The notes under the pieces: model-generated | Databases searched by the model: none | Told to the model about the DNA's origin: nothing | What the model saw: only the letters and a program-made list of their open reading frames with translations | Program-made: the position numbers and the translations under genes | NCBI GenBank assembly: GCA_002731795.1 | Contig: PCCQ01000045.1 | Location: 1 to 44,399 of the forward strand | Reading direction: 5' to 3' | Source: Fidelibacterota bacterium | GTDB lineage: Bacteria; Fidelibacterota; Marinisomatia; SCGC-AAA003-L08; D37C17 | DNA: 44,399 nt | Part shown: piece after piece, positions 18,525-28,799 of the stretch | How positions within the stretch are numbered: the stretch's first letter is position 1 | Layout of the letters: each line of letters begins with the position of its first letter

Positions 18525-19274
18525 GATTTGTCTATTTCTTTCAAATAGCATTGCGCTTACAGTTGCTGAGATATTGAGCGAGTTTATCTTACCATTCATA
18601 GGAATAGTGAGCATTAAATCACAATATTTTTGTATGACCGGTCTTATCCCTTCTCCTTCACTCCCAAATACAAATCCAACTTTTCCTTTTAAATTAAAAT
18701 CATACCATAATTTTGAATCTATTGAATTTTCAATTCCAACTATCCAATAGCCATTCTGCTTTAGTTCTTTAATTGTATACTTAATATTTTTTGATTTAAT
18801 AATATTGATATTACAAAAACTTCCCTGACTAACTTGAAGTACTGAACTTGTAATTGATACACTTCTTCTCTCTGGGAGTATGATTCCATCTATGCCTGCG
18901 CATTCAGATGTTCTAATTATTTGACCTAAATTCTGCGGGTCTTTAATTGAATCTAAAATAACATGACATTCATTATCATTTTGATTTACTGAATCTGGGA
19001 CATGGCTTAAAACTGTATAATCAAAAAAAACGATAATTCCCTGTGTTCTATATTCTTGATATTTATTTTGAAATTCATTCTTGTTTAATATAATTACTTT
19101 ATGTTTAAATTTTTTTGTAATTAAAGCACTATCAGCCATTTTATGTTGATTAAAAGTGTCACTTACTATTATTCGACTAATTTTACATTTATTTGAATTA
19201 AGTATAGACTCAACTCCATTGATTCCGTAAACAAAATATTTATCATAGTTATTTGAATTGTTTTTAAATTTCAT
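18510..19274 (-). CDS. rlmB: SpoU/TrmH-family rRNA 2'-O-methyltransferase (RlmB-like)
   Basis: SpoU motifs LDSIKDPQNLGQIIRTSECAGIDGII, FVFGSEGEGIRP and IPMNGKINSLNISATVSAMLFE, with an N-terminal SpoU_sub_bind-like region. Confidence 0.75.
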   Translation of the reverse strand: MKFKNNSNNYDKYFVYGINGVESILNSNKCKISRIIVSDTFNQHKMADSALITKKFKHKVIILNKNEFQNKYQEYRTQGIIVFFDYTVLSHVPDSVNQNDNECHVILDSIKDPQNLGQIIRTSECAGIDGIILPERRSVSITSSVLQVSQGSFCNINIIKSKNIKYTIKELKQNGYWIVGIENSIDSKLWYDFNLKGKVGFVFGSEGEGIRPVIQKYCDLMLTIPMNGKINSLNISATVSAMLFERNRQILKSK

Positions 19275-19306
19275 ATATCAATATATTAACAATATTTTAA
19301 TAATGA

Positions 19307-19708
19307 ATGGTTATTTTTATGGAAGATAAAGTTAGAATTGATAAATTTTTATGGTGTGTAAGGCTATTCAAAACTCGTCGCCTAGCAAATGAGGCATGCG
19401 TTAAATCAAAAGTTAAAATAAATGATAAAACACTAAAGTCATCATATCATGTAAAGATAAATGATAAAATAACTATAAAAAAAAAACATATAAACATCAC
19501 TATTGAAGTTAAAAATATAATCTCTAAAAGAGTCTCAGCTAAATTTGTGAAACAATATATAAATGATATTACTCCTGAATCTGAAAAAACTAGATTTGAA
19601 GCATCGCACAAAATACCTCACATATATAGAGAAAAAGGATTAGGTCGTCCTACTAAAAAAGAGAGAAGACAGCTTATGAGAAGCTTAGAAAATTATTTTG
19701 AATCTTGA
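19307..19708 (+). CDS. S4-domain RNA-binding protein, Hsp15 (HslR)-like
   Basis: VRIDKFLWCVRLFKTRRLANEACVKSKVKINDKTLKSSYHVKINDKITI matches the Hsp15/S4 pattern. The real start may be the second ATG at 19319. Confidence 0.65.
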   Translation: MVIFMEDKVRIDKFLWCVRLFKTRRLANEACVKSKVKINDKTLKSSYHVKINDKITIKKKHINITIEVKNIISKRVSAKFVKQYINDITPESEKTRFEASHKIPHIYREKGLGRPTKKERRQLMRSLENYFES

Positions 19709-20274
19709 TTAATTTTATTTAATTCAGAAACAATAGTTTGCTCAAGTCTACTGTAGGTAACAGGATCATATTGCTTTAAAATTGCACCTGGGAATGTATC
19801 TATTATTTCTCCATTAACTCCAACTAAAAAAGACCATGGAACTGCAGGAACACCGCCATAAAGATTAGTAATTTCATTTATCTGCTTATTATTACCATAC
19901 AATAATGGATAATTTACTTTATATACATTACCAAAATTTGTTAATGCATCCTTAGAGTCAGACAAACTTATACCAAGAATTTCAAAACCTTTATCATTAT
20001 ACTTATCATGTAATTCAATAAAGTCAGGAATTTCCATTCGACATGGTCCACACCAAGTCGCCCAAAAGTTAATTAGCACAACCTTACCCTTTAGATTAGA
20101 AAGAACATGTAAACTATCATTACTGTCATTTAATTTGAAGTCTGGCGCATAGTTCTTACTCTTTTCAATTAAGGATTTAATTTTACTTATTCTATCTTCT
20201 GATAATTCTGACTCCGAAAAAATAAAACTTACAAATACAAATATAGGGAATATATAAAAAAATAATTTATTCAT
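19693..20274 (-). CDS. Periplasmic TlpA/ResA-like thiol:disulfide oxidoreductase (thioredoxin fold)
   Basis: Signal peptide and the WATWCGPCRMEIP CxxC active site, in an AhpC/TSA-like context. Immediately downstream of dsbD. Confidence 0.8.
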   Translation of the reverse strand: MNKLFFYIFPIFVFVSFIFSESELSEDRISKIKSLIEKSKNYAPDFKLNDSNDSLHVLSNLKGKVVLINFWATWCGPCRMEIPDFIELHDKYNDKGFEILGISLSDSKDALTNFGNVYKVNYPLLYGNNKQINEITNLYGGVPAVPWSFLVGVNGEIIDTFPGAILKQYDPVTYSRLEQTIVSELNKINQDSK

Positions 20275-22143
20275 TTAACCTCTAAACTCCTCTAAAGATA
20301 ATTTCAAAAACTTAATAAATTTACTTATATCTGGATCCATTCCATGAAATCTCTTAACCTCATTTTCATCAGTGTCCAGTACAACATAGAATGGAAGCGC
20401 TGATGTATTATATCTATCAATCTCCATCTGTCTGTACTCTTTATGATTGGGTCCTGCATCTGTATATAACTTAATTAATACAAAGTTTTCAAAAAGCTCT
20501 TCAACTTCTTTGTCTACAAAAACATTTACTTCCATCCATCTACAATTTGTACATGTGTATCCAGTGAAATCAACAAAGATAGGCTTTCCTGTTACTTGTG
20601 CTTTCTGGACACCTTCTTCATAATTTTCAATCCAGTTTTGTTTATACTCATCTCTCTGAATATTATTGTTTTGGCTGATTTCTTTCGGAGGTAAATAAGA
20701 ATCTATTAAACCATAAACACTTCCACCCCATAATCCTGAAGTCAAATAAAGACCAAAAGTTAAAAAGATTATACTAAACATTAACCTGCCAACTCCAATG
20801 AATTCTAAATCACTATCGTGAGGTAATTTTATTTTACCAAGCAAATAAACCCCTGTCATTATAGCTATAACTGCCCATGAAGCTAACACGAAATCATACG
20901 TGAAAAATCCAATATCCCAAACTAAGTCTACATTGCTAAAAAATTTCATAGCTGCACCTAATTCAAGAAAACCCATTGTAACTTTTATTGAATTCATCCA
21001 TTGACCACTCTTAGGTAATCTAGATAAGTATTGTGGAAATAGAGCAAGGAAGAAAAAAGGTAATGCGAATGCAAGTGAGAAAATTAACATCCCTATAATT
21101 GGCCATAAATAACTACCTTGACTAGCAGCTACAAGAAGTAAACCAACAAATTGAACAGTACATGTAAATGATGTCAACGTGAAAGTCAAAGCCATAAAAA
21201 GGATACCTATAGTTCCACCCGCCTGTTCATTATCTAAGCTATACTGTCTCATTAATGATGGTGCTTGAATTTCATACATGCCAAATAAACTTAGAGCAAA
21301 AAACACAAAAAGTAGTGCAATAAACAAATTAACCCAAGCATTAGATGCAATTTGATTAGCTCCAGAAGCGCCCAAAGTAACAGCTAGAATTAAACCCAAT
21401 GAGGTAAAAATTATAATTATTCCTAGAGCATAAGTTATTGCAGATTTCAAAGGTCTATTACCTTCTTGCTCTCCTTGTTTTGTAAAAAATGAAACTGTTA
21501 TTGGAATCATAGGAAAAACACAAGGTGTCAATAAAGCCAATAAACCCATACCAAATGAAAGAGCAATGAAAGACAAGATACCTGAATCAATAGCATCTTG
21601 CAATACACCATTTGATTTAGTACTTAAATTTTCAGAACTAGGAATTGTTTTATATTCTTGACGTATTTCTCCGCTAGTAAGATTTATAGGTATTGAAAAA
21701 TCATCATACTTTCTTATACATACGCTTTCATCGCATACTTGATAAAATAATTTACCATTCAATTCATTTAAATCTTTGTCTAGATCCTTAGAAGTTAGAA
21801 AATATTGGTAGAGCTCTATTGAATTTTCATGAGTAGATACCTCCATGTCAAAGTTTTCATCGAACTTTACTTTTGGATCTGGCTCAAAGAAAGAGCTTGA
21901 ATCTGAGAATATAGTAGAATCGGGCCAAATTATTCTAGTTGGGCTTAGAGATAAATTTTCATTAGTGGAATATATATAGTAGCCTTTTTTAATATCAATA
22001 TTGAAAGTTAATTTTACAGCTTCACCTTTATATACATCTAGCCTATCAATATCCACTTTAAAATCAACATTTGTTGAAAATAAAAATGAAATGAAAAATA
22101 AAAATATAAATTTTTTCATTATATGAAATTTTCTAATTGCCAT
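20275..22143 (-). CDS. dsbD: Thiol:disulfide interchange protein DsbD
   Basis: N-terminal domain YQVCDESVC, TM core with LTPCVFPMIP and SFTCTVQF cysteines, and a C-terminal thioredoxin-like YTCTNCRWME. The likely true start is Met9 at 22119 (MKKFIFLFFISFLFS). Confidence 0.85.
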   Translation of the reverse strand: MAIRKFHIMKKFIFLFFISFLFSTNVDFKVDIDRLDVYKGEAVKLTFNIDIKKGYYIYSTNENLSLSPTRIIWPDSTIFSDSSSFFEPDPKVKFDENFDMEVSTHENSIELYQYFLTSKDLDKDLNELNGKLFYQVCDESVCIRKYDDFSIPINLTSGEIRQEYKTIPSSENLSTKSNGVLQDAIDSGILSFIALSFGMGLLALLTPCVFPMIPITVSFFTKQGEQEGNRPLKSAITYALGIIIIFTSLGLILAVTLGASGANQIASNAWVNLFIALLFVFFALSLFGMYEIQAPSLMRQYSLDNEQAGGTIGILFMALTFTLTSFTCTVQFVGLLLVAASQGSYLWPIIGMLIFSLAFALPFFFLALFPQYLSRLPKSGQWMNSIKVTMGFLELGAAMKFFSNVDLVWDIGFFTYDFVLASWAVIAIMTGVYLLGKIKLPHDSDLEFIGVGRLMFSIIFLTFGLYLTSGLWGGSVYGLIDSYLPPKEISQNNNIQRDEYKQNWIENYEEGVQKAQVTGKPIFVDFTGYTCTNCRWMEVNVFVDKEVEELFENFVLIKLYTDAGPNHKEYRQMEIDRYNTSALPFYVVLDTDENEVKRFHGMDPDISKFIKFLKLSLEEFRG

Positions 22144-23020
22144 CTTTGACCCTAATTTTCTTTATTGTAACAGGAGCGGATGGATTATCACTTCGTAATA
22201 ATTTCATCATTTCACTATAATATTCATTTTTATTTTTATCATCAGGTATTTTAGCAAATAATTTTTTTCTTGATTTAGGGTCAATTAGCTCAATCCATTC
22301 TTCAGACTTCTGATTCGGAGGCATCGTATTATGACATTGTGTTTTTGCAACAATATAATCAGTTGGGGTATCAGCTATAAAATCAATTACATGAATGTTT
22401 TCAATTACTCTACCAAATGCTGTGTAATTACCATCTAGCCAATGTGCATCCTTTAAACATATAAAAAATTGACTACCTGCTGAATTAGGTGAAGGCCCTC
22501 TAGCCATAGATAATATACCTCTATCATGCTGTATACTGTTAAATTCTTGGTCTATTTTCCATCCTGGACCACCAGTTCCATCATTATCTCTTTTTGAATC
22601 TCTTGATAATATATCTCCACCTTGAATCATGAAATCTTTAATAACTCTATGGAAGGTTGTATTATCATAAAAACCACTATTCGCTAATTTTTTAAAGTTA
22701 TAACAATGTTTGGGAGCGATATCAGTAAAATATTGGAGTTTAATTGTTCCTTTTGTAGTCTCAATAAATATAGTATCATTATTTGATATTGGTGAAGGCT
22801 CATACAAGTATGCATTATTAACTATTGAATCAATTTTACTCTGTGTAATGTAGTTATAATCTCCAGCAAATTGCTTTAATGGCTGTAATGTCAGAATATC
22901 TTTAGCTTCTATATTAAGTTTCCCTAGATTGAAATCCTTAAAATAGTCAGTTTTGAGCTTTAATGTATCTAAAGCAAAAGTAATATTTAAAAGTATAAAT
23001 ATAATTTTTATATGTATCAT
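22133..23020 (-). CDS. Periplasmic cyclophilin-type peptidyl-prolyl cis-trans isomerase with N- and C-terminal extensions
   Basis: Signal peptide and cyclophilin blocks FHRVIKDFMIQGGD, GILSMARGPSPNSAGSQFFI and YTAFGRV. Confidence 0.85.
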   Translation of the reverse strand: MIHIKIIFILLNITFALDTLKLKTDYFKDFNLGKLNIEAKDILTLQPLKQFAGDYNYITQSKIDSIVNNAYLYEPSPISNNDTIFIETTKGTIKLQYFTDIAPKHCYNFKKLANSGFYDNTTFHRVIKDFMIQGGDILSRDSKRDNDGTGGPGWKIDQEFNSIQHDRGILSMARGPSPNSAGSQFFICLKDAHWLDGNYTAFGRVIENIHVIDFIADTPTDYIVAKTQCHNTMPPNQKSEEWIELIDPKSRKKLFAKIPDDKNKNEYYSEMMKLLRSDNPSAPVTIKKIRVKDGN

Positions 23021-23021
23021 T

Positions 23022-23582
23022 CTATTTTCCTGTACTACCTGGTTTAGTAATATTAATTTTTTTTAACCACTCAGGGATTTCATCCTTATTCCATGTATCT
23101 ATTTCTATATTAACTAGAGGAACATATTTGTATCCAAAGTCTATACTATCACCTCGGTGAGCTAGACTACAAATACCTTTAATATTTATTTTTTTATCAT
23201 TTAAAATTTGTATTATTTCTTTTATGGATCCTCCTGTTGTAACAATATCTTCAACAATTAAAACATTAGAATTTTCAGGTATGACAAATCCTCTTTTAAA
23301 GACCATTTTACCATTAACCCTTTCGCAAAAAATACCCTTTACTCCAAACTCTCTTGCGACTCCAGAGCTTAATAATATTCCCCCAATTGCTGCGCTTACG
23401 ACTAAATCTATTCCTTTAAATTTACTCGCCATTTCTTTACAAATTATTTCTAATGCTTTAGGATCTTCTAAAACTCTAAACTTTTCTATATATCTATTAC
23501 TATGCAAACCAGATGTTAGGACAAAATGGCCTTCCATAATTGCTCCTTTTTGAAGCAATAAATCATATATTATATTTTTCAT
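23022..23582 (-). CDS. pyrE: Orotate phosphoribosyltransferase
   Basis: PRPP-binding motif VLIVEDIVTTGGS, FVLTSGLHSNRYIE near the N-terminus, and a 4-nt overlap with pyrF. Confidence 0.85.
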   Translation of the reverse strand: MKNIIYDLLLQKGAIMEGHFVLTSGLHSNRYIEKFRVLEDPKALEIICKEMASKFKGIDLVVSAAIGGILLSSGVAREFGVKGIFCERVNGKMVFKRGFVIPENSNVLIVEDIVTTGGSIKEIIQILNDKKINIKGICSLAHRGDSIDFGYKYVPLVNIEIDTWNKDEIPEWLKKINITKPGSTGK

Positions 23583-24382
23583 TTAAAAAATCCATTTATT
23601 TTATCATTATAATTCTCAGTTGCTTTGACAACATCATGTATTGAACAGTCTCCAGCAAATAAAATTCCTCTTGATACGTTAATTAAACCAATGGAATTTT
23701 TTTTATTAGAAATTGTAACAGATTGTTCTAAATCACCACCCTGAGCACCTATGCCTGGGATAAGCCATGGAAGTGAGTTTAATGATCTGATTTGTTCCAT
23801 ATTTTCTGGATTTGTTGCACCTACAACTAATCCAATATTATCATTTATATTTAATTTATTGCATAATTTGGAAATATATTCATACATAGTATCATTATTA
23901 TTTTTGAATTCCTGTATATCTTTACCGCTTTTATTTGAAGTTAAGCATAAAACAAAAGTGCCTTTGGCTCTATTACTAATAAATGGAATGATTGAATCAG
24001 CTCCCATGTAAGCTGAAACAGTAATAGAATCAAAACCAATAGTATCAAAAATTGCAATGGCATATTTTTTAGTTGTATTTCCTATATCACCTCTTTTACC
24101 ATCAGCAACAGTGATATTTCTACCATCAATATAGGATACAATTTTTTCCATCAATTCATATCCCTTAAATCCAAATTGCTCGTAAAATGCCATATTTAAC
24201 TTATAAGCAAGACATATTTCAGTAGTTGAATCAATGATATCTTTTAAATGTGATTCTATCCCTTGTAAGCTTTTATCCATATAGTCAGGCATTCTATCAG
24301 GATCGATGTCGAGCCCAATACATAGCTTACTATTTTTTTGCATACTATCTTTTTTTAGTCTTTGATTAAAAGTATCAATCAT
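23579..24382 (-). CDS. pyrF: Orotidine 5'-phosphate decarboxylase (long, type 2 form)
   Basis: LCIGLDIDP, ADGKRGDIGNT and PGIGAQGG blocks; 267 aa. Confidence 0.85.
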   Translation of the reverse strand: MIDTFNQRLKKDSMQKNSKLCIGLDIDPDRMPDYMDKSLQGIESHLKDIIDSTTEICLAYKLNMAFYEQFGFKGYELMEKIVSYIDGRNITVADGKRGDIGNTTKKYAIAIFDTIGFDSITVSAYMGADSIIPFISNRAKGTFVLCLTSNKSGKDIQEFKNNNDTMYEYISKLCNKLNINDNIGLVVGATNPENMEQIRSLNSLPWLIPGIGAQGGDLEQSVTISNKKNSIGLINVSRGILFAGDCSIHDVVKATENYNDKINGFFK

Positions 24383-24454
24383 ATTCTGTAAATTTAAAAA
24401 ATAAAAAAGTTATTAAATATTAATAATTAAAGTTTAAATAGAAATAAATTAAAT

Positions 24455-25018
24455 ATGGATAAAAACAATAATAATCAATCAGACTCAAAAATAGAGCTTT
24501 TAGCTGAATCATCCAATGGTCTAAGATTTGAATTGATTGAGCAAATAGGTCTATCAGATTCAATACAAATCATCAATTTATGTAAAGAACTTCATGCATT
24601 ATATGGAAAAAATGCGCTGATTAATAATAATAATATTAAAAAATATTTTAATCATAAAACTTTTCCTTTTGTAGCAAGGCTAAACAATGAAATTATTGGA
24701 TTTATAATTGGTGTCCCTCTTGAAATATTTTCTAATGAGTCATGGTCCCACTATGATACTAATCTTGGTAAAAAAAATACTATCTATACCTATATGTTTC
24801 TGGTTAGATCGAAATACCGTAAGAAGTTTGGATATTCTAAACTGTTAAAAATGATTTATATTAATTGGTGTAAAAAACAGAATTTCAAATTTGTAACAGG
24901 GCATGTTAAATCTGGAATCTCAAAAAAATTTTCTAAAGATACTATCGTCATAAAAATTTTTTCAAAATGGTATGATTCAAAATCTCCTTTCGAATACTAT
25001 CGTAGACCATTGAAATAA
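24455..25018 (+). CDS. Hypothetical protein, possible GNAT-family N-acetyltransferase
   Basis: Weak GNAT-like pattern only: IIGFIIGVP (beta4) and YTYMFLVRSKYRKKFGYSKLLKMIYINWCKKQNFKFV (motif A-like). No strong motif. Confidence 0.4.
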   Translation: MDKNNNNQSDSKIELLAESSNGLRFELIEQIGLSDSIQIINLCKELHALYGKNALINNNNIKKYFNHKTFPFVARLNNEIIGFIIGVPLEIFSNESWSHYDTNLGKKNTIYTYMFLVRSKYRKKFGYSKLLKMIYINWCKKQNFKFVTGHVKSGISKKFSKDTIVIKIFSKWYDSKSPFEYYRRPLK

Positions 25019-25069
25019 TCTGTTACTTTATATTTTTTTTATTGATTCAAAAAATGTTTAAATTAGTTT

Positions 25070-25585
25070 GTGATTTATTTATTTATTATTATAAGTGTAC
25101 TATTCCCAATATCATTGCAAGAAGTTTACGATAATGCTGAACCTATTGGTGAGTATGATAAGTATTTAATTTTAGATTCAAATACTACTTACTATGGTGG
25201 CATTGGGCTTTATGAAGGAAATGTAATGATTGAAGGAAATGGAGCAATAATAGATCTACAAAATTATGCAGGTATTTGGGTGTATGGCTCAGAAGACTAC
25301 CCTTGTAATTTAGATATTAAATACTGTTCAATTGTTAATGGAGAATATGATGGACTGAATTTTTCTGGAACATCAACTGGAAATATCGAAAATTGTAATT
25401 TCATTGATAATAATATTGGTCTTAAACTTATGGACCAAGTTACAGTTAACGTAGATAACTCAAATTTTATCAATAACTCGACCTATGGCTTAGCTATAAT
25501 CACAGAAGACCCTACATGTAATATTAATTATTCAAATTCATGGAATAATGGCGAGTATGATTTCATGGAAAACTGTCCTGGCTGA
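25070..25585 (+). CDS. Secreted parallel beta-helix (PbH1) repeat protein, N-terminal segment ending at an in-frame TGA
   Basis: GTG start and signal-like MIYLFIIISVLFPISL. PbH1-type repeats NIENCNFIDNNIGLKLMDQVTVNVDNSNFINNSTYGLAI. The ORF ends at TGA 25583-25585. Confidence 0.65.
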   Translation: MIYLFIIISVLFPISLQEVYDNAEPIGEYDKYLILDSNTTYYGGIGLYEGNVMIEGNGAIIDLQNYAGIWVYGSEDYPCNLDIKYCSIVNGEYDGLNFSGTSTGNIENCNFIDNNIGLKLMDQVTVNVDNSNFINNSTYGLAIITEDPTCNINYSNSWNNGEYDFMENCPG

Positions 25586-25951
25586 GGAAGTATTTGGACT
25601 CCGTGGGAGCCAGAAGGAATAAACTTAATTTATCAAGATCCCTTATTTACTGATATCGAAAATAGGGACTACAGCTATTCAATAGATTCACCATGTATAG
25701 ATTCTGGAAATCCAAATCAAACTGACCCTGATGGGACTACTAGAGATATAGGAGCCGTTGTTTATGATACCTCACTTGCAGGGGACTGTAATAATGATAA
25801 TCAACAAGATGTTCTAGATCTCATTTTTAATATGAATAACTGTATTCTTGAATTGATATTAGTTGATTGTGAATGTTCTGACTTGAACCAAGATACTGAA
25901 TATAATGTGTTAGATATTGTAGTTTTAATTAATCTCATTTTGGAAAACTAA
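25586..25951 (+). other. Untracked in-frame continuation of the beta-helix gene (121 codons + TAA): conserved beta-helix C-terminal block plus dockerin-like duplicated module
   Basis: My own translation in the same frame directly after the TGA gives GSIWTPWEPEGINLIYQDPLFTDIENRDYSYSIDSPCIDSGNPNQTDPDGTTRDIGAVVYD. This fits the usual DPLF..DY.L..SPCID.G.P...DPDGT.RDIGA ending of beta-helix proteins. It is followed by GDCNNDNQQDVLDLIF... and DLNQDTEYNVLDIVVLINLIL, which are dockerin-type repeats. Confidence 0.6.
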
Positions 25952-27142
25952 TTTTCCATTCTTAATTACAGAAGTTATTCTATCAGCATTAAACCAATAT
26001 GGTATTTCGCTTATGCTATTAATATCCCAAAAAAGTATATCAGCAATATAATCCTTTTTAATCATACCAAGAACATGAGAACGATTTAAGGCTTTTGCCG
26101 CATTAAAGGTAACGGCTTTAAATACTTCATTAATTGTTAAGCCACAATACAATGTTGCCAATGCCATTACTGATGGGATTGAATAAATTGTATTAGAACC
26201 TGGGTTGTAATCAGATGCAACTGCAACATCACACCCTAAGTCTATCATTTTACGAGCATTAGCATATGTTCTCATACCTAGAAATAATGTCGTTCCAGGA
26301 AGTATCGTTGCAATGACATTATTTTTAGACATATTCCTAAGTCCAGATTCATTTGCTTGCATTAAATGATCAGCTGATACAGCTTTTATCTCACCGGCAA
26401 TAAAAGCAGCACCTGAATCATTAAACTCATCAGCATGTAATTTCATTTTTAAATTATAATCATGGGCACATTGAGAAATTTTAAGAGTCTGCTCTATATC
26501 AAAATATCCTTGTTCGCAAAATACATCACAAAATTCTGCAAGATTTTTGGAACTCACCTCAGGAATCATTTCGTTACAAATTAAATCAACATAAGAATTC
26601 TTATCTTTAATTTCTGGCGGAAAATCATGCGCCCCCATAAATGTAGAAACCAGGTCTACATCAAATTTCTCATTTAGTTCTTTTATAATATTTAAACTTT
26701 TCAATTCATCTTCCAAAGATAAACCATAACCCGACTTTACTTCAATTGTTGTAGTTCCATTTTTAAGGAAAAAAGGTATTTTCTTTTCACAATCTTTGAG
26801 AATTTCTTCTTTTGATGTTTTTCTAAATGAATTAATAGAAGATTTTATTCCACCTCCTGAATTGGCAATATCAATATAGGATTGACCGGAAATTCTTTTT
26901 GAAAAATCATCTGCTCTATTCGATGCAAATATTAGATGTGTATGCGAATCAATAAACCCAGGAGATAATAAGGCATTATTTGCATTGATTTCATAATCAG
27001 CTTCATAATCTATGTCTTTAAAATTTACACTATCTATTTTGTCATCTTTTATTATAATATTTTTTGGTGTTTGAATTACAACATCATTTCTATCGTCATC
27101 ATATGTTACTAAATATTTTATGTTGTAGATTTTTGTTAGCAT
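25925..27142 (-). CDS. hutI: Imidazolonepropionase
   Basis: Amidohydrolase metal site GFIDSHTHLIFA, the HADEF and ASDYNPGS blocks, 405 aa, and position directly downstream of hutU. Confidence 0.88.
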   Translation of the reverse strand: MLTKIYNIKYLVTYDDDRNDVVIQTPKNIIIKDDKIDSVNFKDIDYEADYEINANNALLSPGFIDSHTHLIFASNRADDFSKRISGQSYIDIANSGGGIKSSINSFRKTSKEEILKDCEKKIPFFLKNGTTTIEVKSGYGLSLEDELKSLNIIKELNEKFDVDLVSTFMGAHDFPPEIKDKNSYVDLICNEMIPEVSSKNLAEFCDVFCEQGYFDIEQTLKISQCAHDYNLKMKLHADEFNDSGAAFIAGEIKAVSADHLMQANESGLRNMSKNNVIATILPGTTLFLGMRTYANARKMIDLGCDVAVASDYNPGSNTIYSIPSVMALATLYCGLTINEVFKAVTFNAAKALNRSHVLGMIKKDYIADILFWDINSISEIPYWFNADRITSVIKNGKLVFQNEIN

Positions 27143-27143
27143 A

Positions 27144-28796
27144 TTATTTTGGAATTTTTAGATTTCTTTCCTTTGATATTTTCAATGCTTTTTCATAACC
27201 AGCATCTAAATGACGAGCCACCCCAATCCCAGGATCATTTGTCAAAACTCTATTTAACCTTTGCCTCATATGTTCAGTGCCATCTGCAACGATAACCAAG
27301 CCTGAATGAATAGAGTATCCAATGCCTACTCCACCACCATTATGAACAGATACCCAAGATGCGCCTCCAGAAGTACTTAATAGTGCATTTAAAATAGGCC
27401 AATCTGCAACTGCATCTGAGCCATCTTTCATTGATTCGGTTTCTCTGTTTGGAGATGCAACAGAGCCAGAATCTAGATGATCTCTACCAATTACAATTGG
27501 TGCTTCTAACTCACCATTTGCTACCATATCATTTATTGCCTCTCCAAAGATATTTCTTTCTCTATATCCCAACCAACATATTCGAGCAGGTAGTCCTTGA
27601 AATTTAACTTTTTCTTGTGCCATTCTAATCCATCTTTCTAAAGCCTTATCATTTGGGAATAGTTCTAAAACTTTTGCATCAGTTTTATATATATCATCAG
27701 GGTTTCCAGAAAGAGCTACCCATCTAAATGGCCCCTTACCTTCACAAAATAGTGGCCTTATATATTCGGGGACAAATCCAGGGAAATCAAAAGCATCACG
27801 AACTCCAGCATTTTCCTTAGCCTGGCCTCTTAGATTATTTCCATAATCAAATGTAATGGCTCCTCTACTTTGTAATTCTAGCATTGACTTACAATGTTCA
27901 CCCATCGTTCTATATGATTCTTTTATATATCTATCTGGATTTTCAATTCTTAATTGGTCTGCTTCTTTCAGTGACATATTATTAGGCACATATCCATTTA
28001 ATTCATCATGAGATGATGTTTGATCTGTTAGTATATCTGGAATTATATTATCATTTAAAAGTTTTGGTAGAATATCTGCTGCGTTTGCCAATAAGCCTAT
28101 TGATATAGCCTCACCTTTATTTTTACATGTGATGGCTTTATCTACAGCTTCAGAATAATTATCTGTCCAGCAGTCTAAATATTTTGTATCTAAACGCTTT
28201 TGTATTCGATTCTTGCATATCTCAATACTAATATTTACACCTTCATTCATTGTAACCGCTAATGGCTGTGCTCCTCCCATACCACCTAATCCAGCAGTTA
28301 CTGTTAAAGTATTTTTAAGTGATCCATTAAAATGTCTTCTTGCTACCTCAGCGAGAGTTTCATATGTACCCTGAAGAATACCTTGTGTACCTATGTATAT
28401 CCAACTTCCAGCAGTCATTTGACCATACATCATTAATCCTTTTTTATCTAAATCTCTGAAATTTTCCCAATTAGACCATTTAGGAACAATCATTGAATTA
28501 GATATTAAAACTCTTGGAGAATATTCATGAGTTTTAAATACTGCAATAGGTTTTCCTGATTGAATTAATAATGTTTCATCATTTTCTAATTCCTTTAGTG
28601 CAGATACTATTTTATCATATGATTCCCAATCTCTAGCTGCTTTTCCATAACCACCATAAACAATTAAATCTTTTGGAGATTCTGCAACATCTGGATCAAG
28701 GTTATTTTGTAACATCCTTAGAGCCGCTTCTTGCTGCCAACCCTTACAGGATAATTTAGTGCCTATATTTGCTGAAATATTTCTTTCTTTATTCAA
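27144..28796 (-). CDS. hutU: Urocanate hydratase
   Basis: 550 aa. Diagnostic blocks [28 protein letters not shown] and [13 protein letters not shown]. Confidence 0.92.
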   Translation of the reverse strand: MNKERNISANIGTKLSCKGWQQEAALRMLQNNLDPDVAESPKDLIVYGGYGKAARDWESYDKIVSALKELENDETLLIQSGKPIAVFKTHEYSPRVLISNSMIVPKWSNWENFRDLDKKGLMMYGQMTAGSWIYIGTQGILQGTYETLAEVARRHFNGSLKNTLTVTAGLGGMGGAQPLAVTMNEGVNISIEICKNRIQKRLDTKYLDCWTDNYSEAVDKAITCKNKGEAISIGLLANAADILPKLLNDNIIPDILTDQTSSHDELNGYVPNNMSLKEADQLRIENPDRYIKESYRTMGEHCKSMLELQSRGAITFDYGNNLRGQAKENAGVRDAFDFPGFVPEYIRPLFCEGKGPFRWVALSGNPDDIYKTDAKVLELFPNDKALERWIRMAQEKVKFQGLPARICWLGYRERNIFGEAINDMVANGELEAPIVIGRDHLDSGSVASPNRETESMKDGSDAVADWPILNALLSTSGGASWVSVHNGGGVGIGYSIHSGLVIVADGTEHMRQRLNRVLTNDPGIGVARHLDAGYEKALKISKERNLKIPK

Positions 28797-28799
28797 AGT

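Noticed and set aside
25583-25585. Alternative genetic code (TGA = Trp or Gly) as the explanation for the in-frame TGA
   Set aside because: TGA clearly terminates other well-defined genes in the window: pilN at 9144-9146, overlapping the pilO ATG, and the Hsp15-like gene at 19706-19708. A genome-wide reassignment is therefore not supported.
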